Source: a virus. From it: DNA of 64,000 nucleotides. A program made the position numbers and the translations under genes. This document shows, one piece after another, positions 62,840 to 64,000 of this stretch (position 1 is the first letter of the stretch; each line of letters begins with the position of its first letter). A model generated the notes under the pieces. It was not told where the DNA came from, ran no database searches, and was given only the letters and a program-made list of their open reading frames with translations. Location: IMG/VR virus record IMGVR_UViG_3300028833_000004. One strand, 5' to 3'.

Positions 62840-64000
62840 AAACTAAATGAGTATCTTTTATTATACTAAATAAATCATTTGAGAAATTTAATAAACTATA
62901 TTCATCAGACTCAATGGTTTTGGCTGCATCCTAGAATGTTTTTTGTATAAAATCAGTTCCAATTATTCCAAATTGATCTACTGGTTTAATTAAAGATTCA
63001 TAAATATTCAATTCCCTAGCTGTTCTATCAAATAAATCTACAGTTGTAGCAACCGTAGCATTTTTCTTCAAATCTGAAAAATTTTCCATAATTGCTGCTA
63101 TAATTGCTGATACTATGGCTGCAAATAGTAAATTAAACAAAAATAATTTAGTATTTTCCCATTGTTGTGGATTTTCTCTGATATGTTGAATATCTCCAGT
63201 AGCAACATCATGAATTGTTTTAGCTGTAGACACGGCTAAACCTTCAATCGGGTTAGCTTTCCATTCAAGAACTGGTTCCAAAGCCTCTCCTGTCGTCGTG
63301 TCAATTCCATTTTCAGAAATACCATTTTCTCCAGCGACTACCTTTCTAGTCAATTTAATTTTATCATCATATTTGTAATATAATTTCTTACCTGAAATTG
63401 GATCTTCTAAATGAACTGTAGAACCTACCGATGAATCTATACCAACAGCCAGATATTTTCTTATTTCCGCAGGCATGAAAGTTAAGAAATTGGTATACAT
63501 AGTCCACCACCAACCTTTCTACATGTTTGCACGTTCCTCATGTCCATAATAACCATATATTAAACCAATCTATTCTTTTATTGAATTCTACTCCTAGACA
63601 GTATAAGCTCTTGGTAGAGGATCGTAAATTGGGTTATTTGAGTCATCTGTAACCTAACCAAATCTTAATTCCCCACCCTAGGCATTTTTCCAGCCTTCAT
63701 GAGAAAATTGTTGCATTTTGACTGTGTATAAAGCTTTCTATTCAACCCATTTTTTATCTTTTGTAAGATTTTTATGTCTATTTTTCCAGAAATAATTTAT
63801 ACGTTCATCTTTTTCGATGTCATAGACCAATTTACCATCAACTTCAGAATGTGCATTAAATGTACCATCCGCCTTCATTTTTGCAATAAATATAATCATT
63901 CTATTAAACCAATCTGGTGCAACTACATTTAAATATAACATTCGAGATCCTAAATTATGTATACCCCATCTGTCAAAGGCTAATGTTTCACCGATTACAT
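62838..64000 (-). CDS. C-terminal part of a large late (virion-type) protein containing 8 in-frame TAG codons; 5' end lies outside the window
   Basis: I translated the - strand frame by hand from 64000 down to TAA 62838-40. The only stops are TAG at 62931, 63519, 63570, 63588, 63594, 63654, 63678 and 63738 (codon start coordinates). It fuses track ORFs 63738..63941 and 62931..63500. No function is assignable. Confidence 0.8.

Noticed and set aside
62931-63941. Treating 62931..63500 and 63738..63941 as two separate - strand genes, as in the ORF track
   Set aside because: They share one frame. The intervening 237 nt and the 93 nt below 62931 are open except for TAG. The first TAA coincides with the terminator. 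A single recoded gene explains this better.

Overview
This window looks like the early/replication arm of an AT-rich dsDNA phage. Spot counts of single 60-nt lines in the body give 14/60 and 19/60 G+C.

Gene content and order fit a crAss-like (Crassvirales-type) phage. This is inferred from motifs only, with no database search. The genes recognised are a family A DNA polymerase, a metallopeptidase-VWA plus MoxR-like AAA pair, SF2 and DnaB-like helicases, an AAA_24-like ATPase, a Toprim primase, PD-(D/E)XK nucleases, ThyX, RNase H, NrdD/NrdG, thioredoxin, dUTPase, an ATP-dependent ligase and BspA-type LRR proteins.

From about 7.8 kb to 62.8 kb roughly 100 tightly packed + strand genes run co-directionally. 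Many have ATGA-type overlaps and many belong to small paralog families. This block ends at a 16-bp bidirectional terminator (62796-62839).

Finding 1: a - strand late gene converges on that terminator. It is a single reading frame only if TAG is read as sense. It has 8 in-frame TAG and no TAA/TGA over more than 380 codons, and ends on TAA at 62838-40. The + strand genes, in contrast, end on TAG. This indicates strand- or phase-specific amber recoding. The only tRNA in the window is tRNA-Arg(UCU), which is not a suppressor.

Finding 2: the left 6.7 kb is a different kind of sequence.
- It is G+C-richer (spot counts 25-33/60) and ORF-poor.
- It is packed with long perfect helices and at least three intrinsic terminators that are not attached to convincing ORFs.
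- It holds a hairpin pair with three compensatory base-pair changes.
- It holds two 74-nt repeats whose two halves are in swapped order (A-B at 4805-4878, B-A at 6350-6423). These bracket a B116/DUF1874 homolog, an ORFan and a terminator-capped structured segment.

I could not assign these elements to any known RNA class by eye. They are the best candidates here for something undescribed.

Other notable items:
- An iteron cluster lies next to a divergent double-wHTH gene.
- A four-copy tandem LRR array has nested start codons, and its last copy carries a poly-T frameshift.
- A diverged multi-gene segmental duplication is present.
- A G+C-rich cassette encodes a (GY/GD/GS)n hexanucleotide-repeat protein.
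- An MgtC homolog is present.
- The NrdD/NrdG/thioredoxin module includes a ferredoxin-thioredoxin-reductase-like Cys-motif protein.
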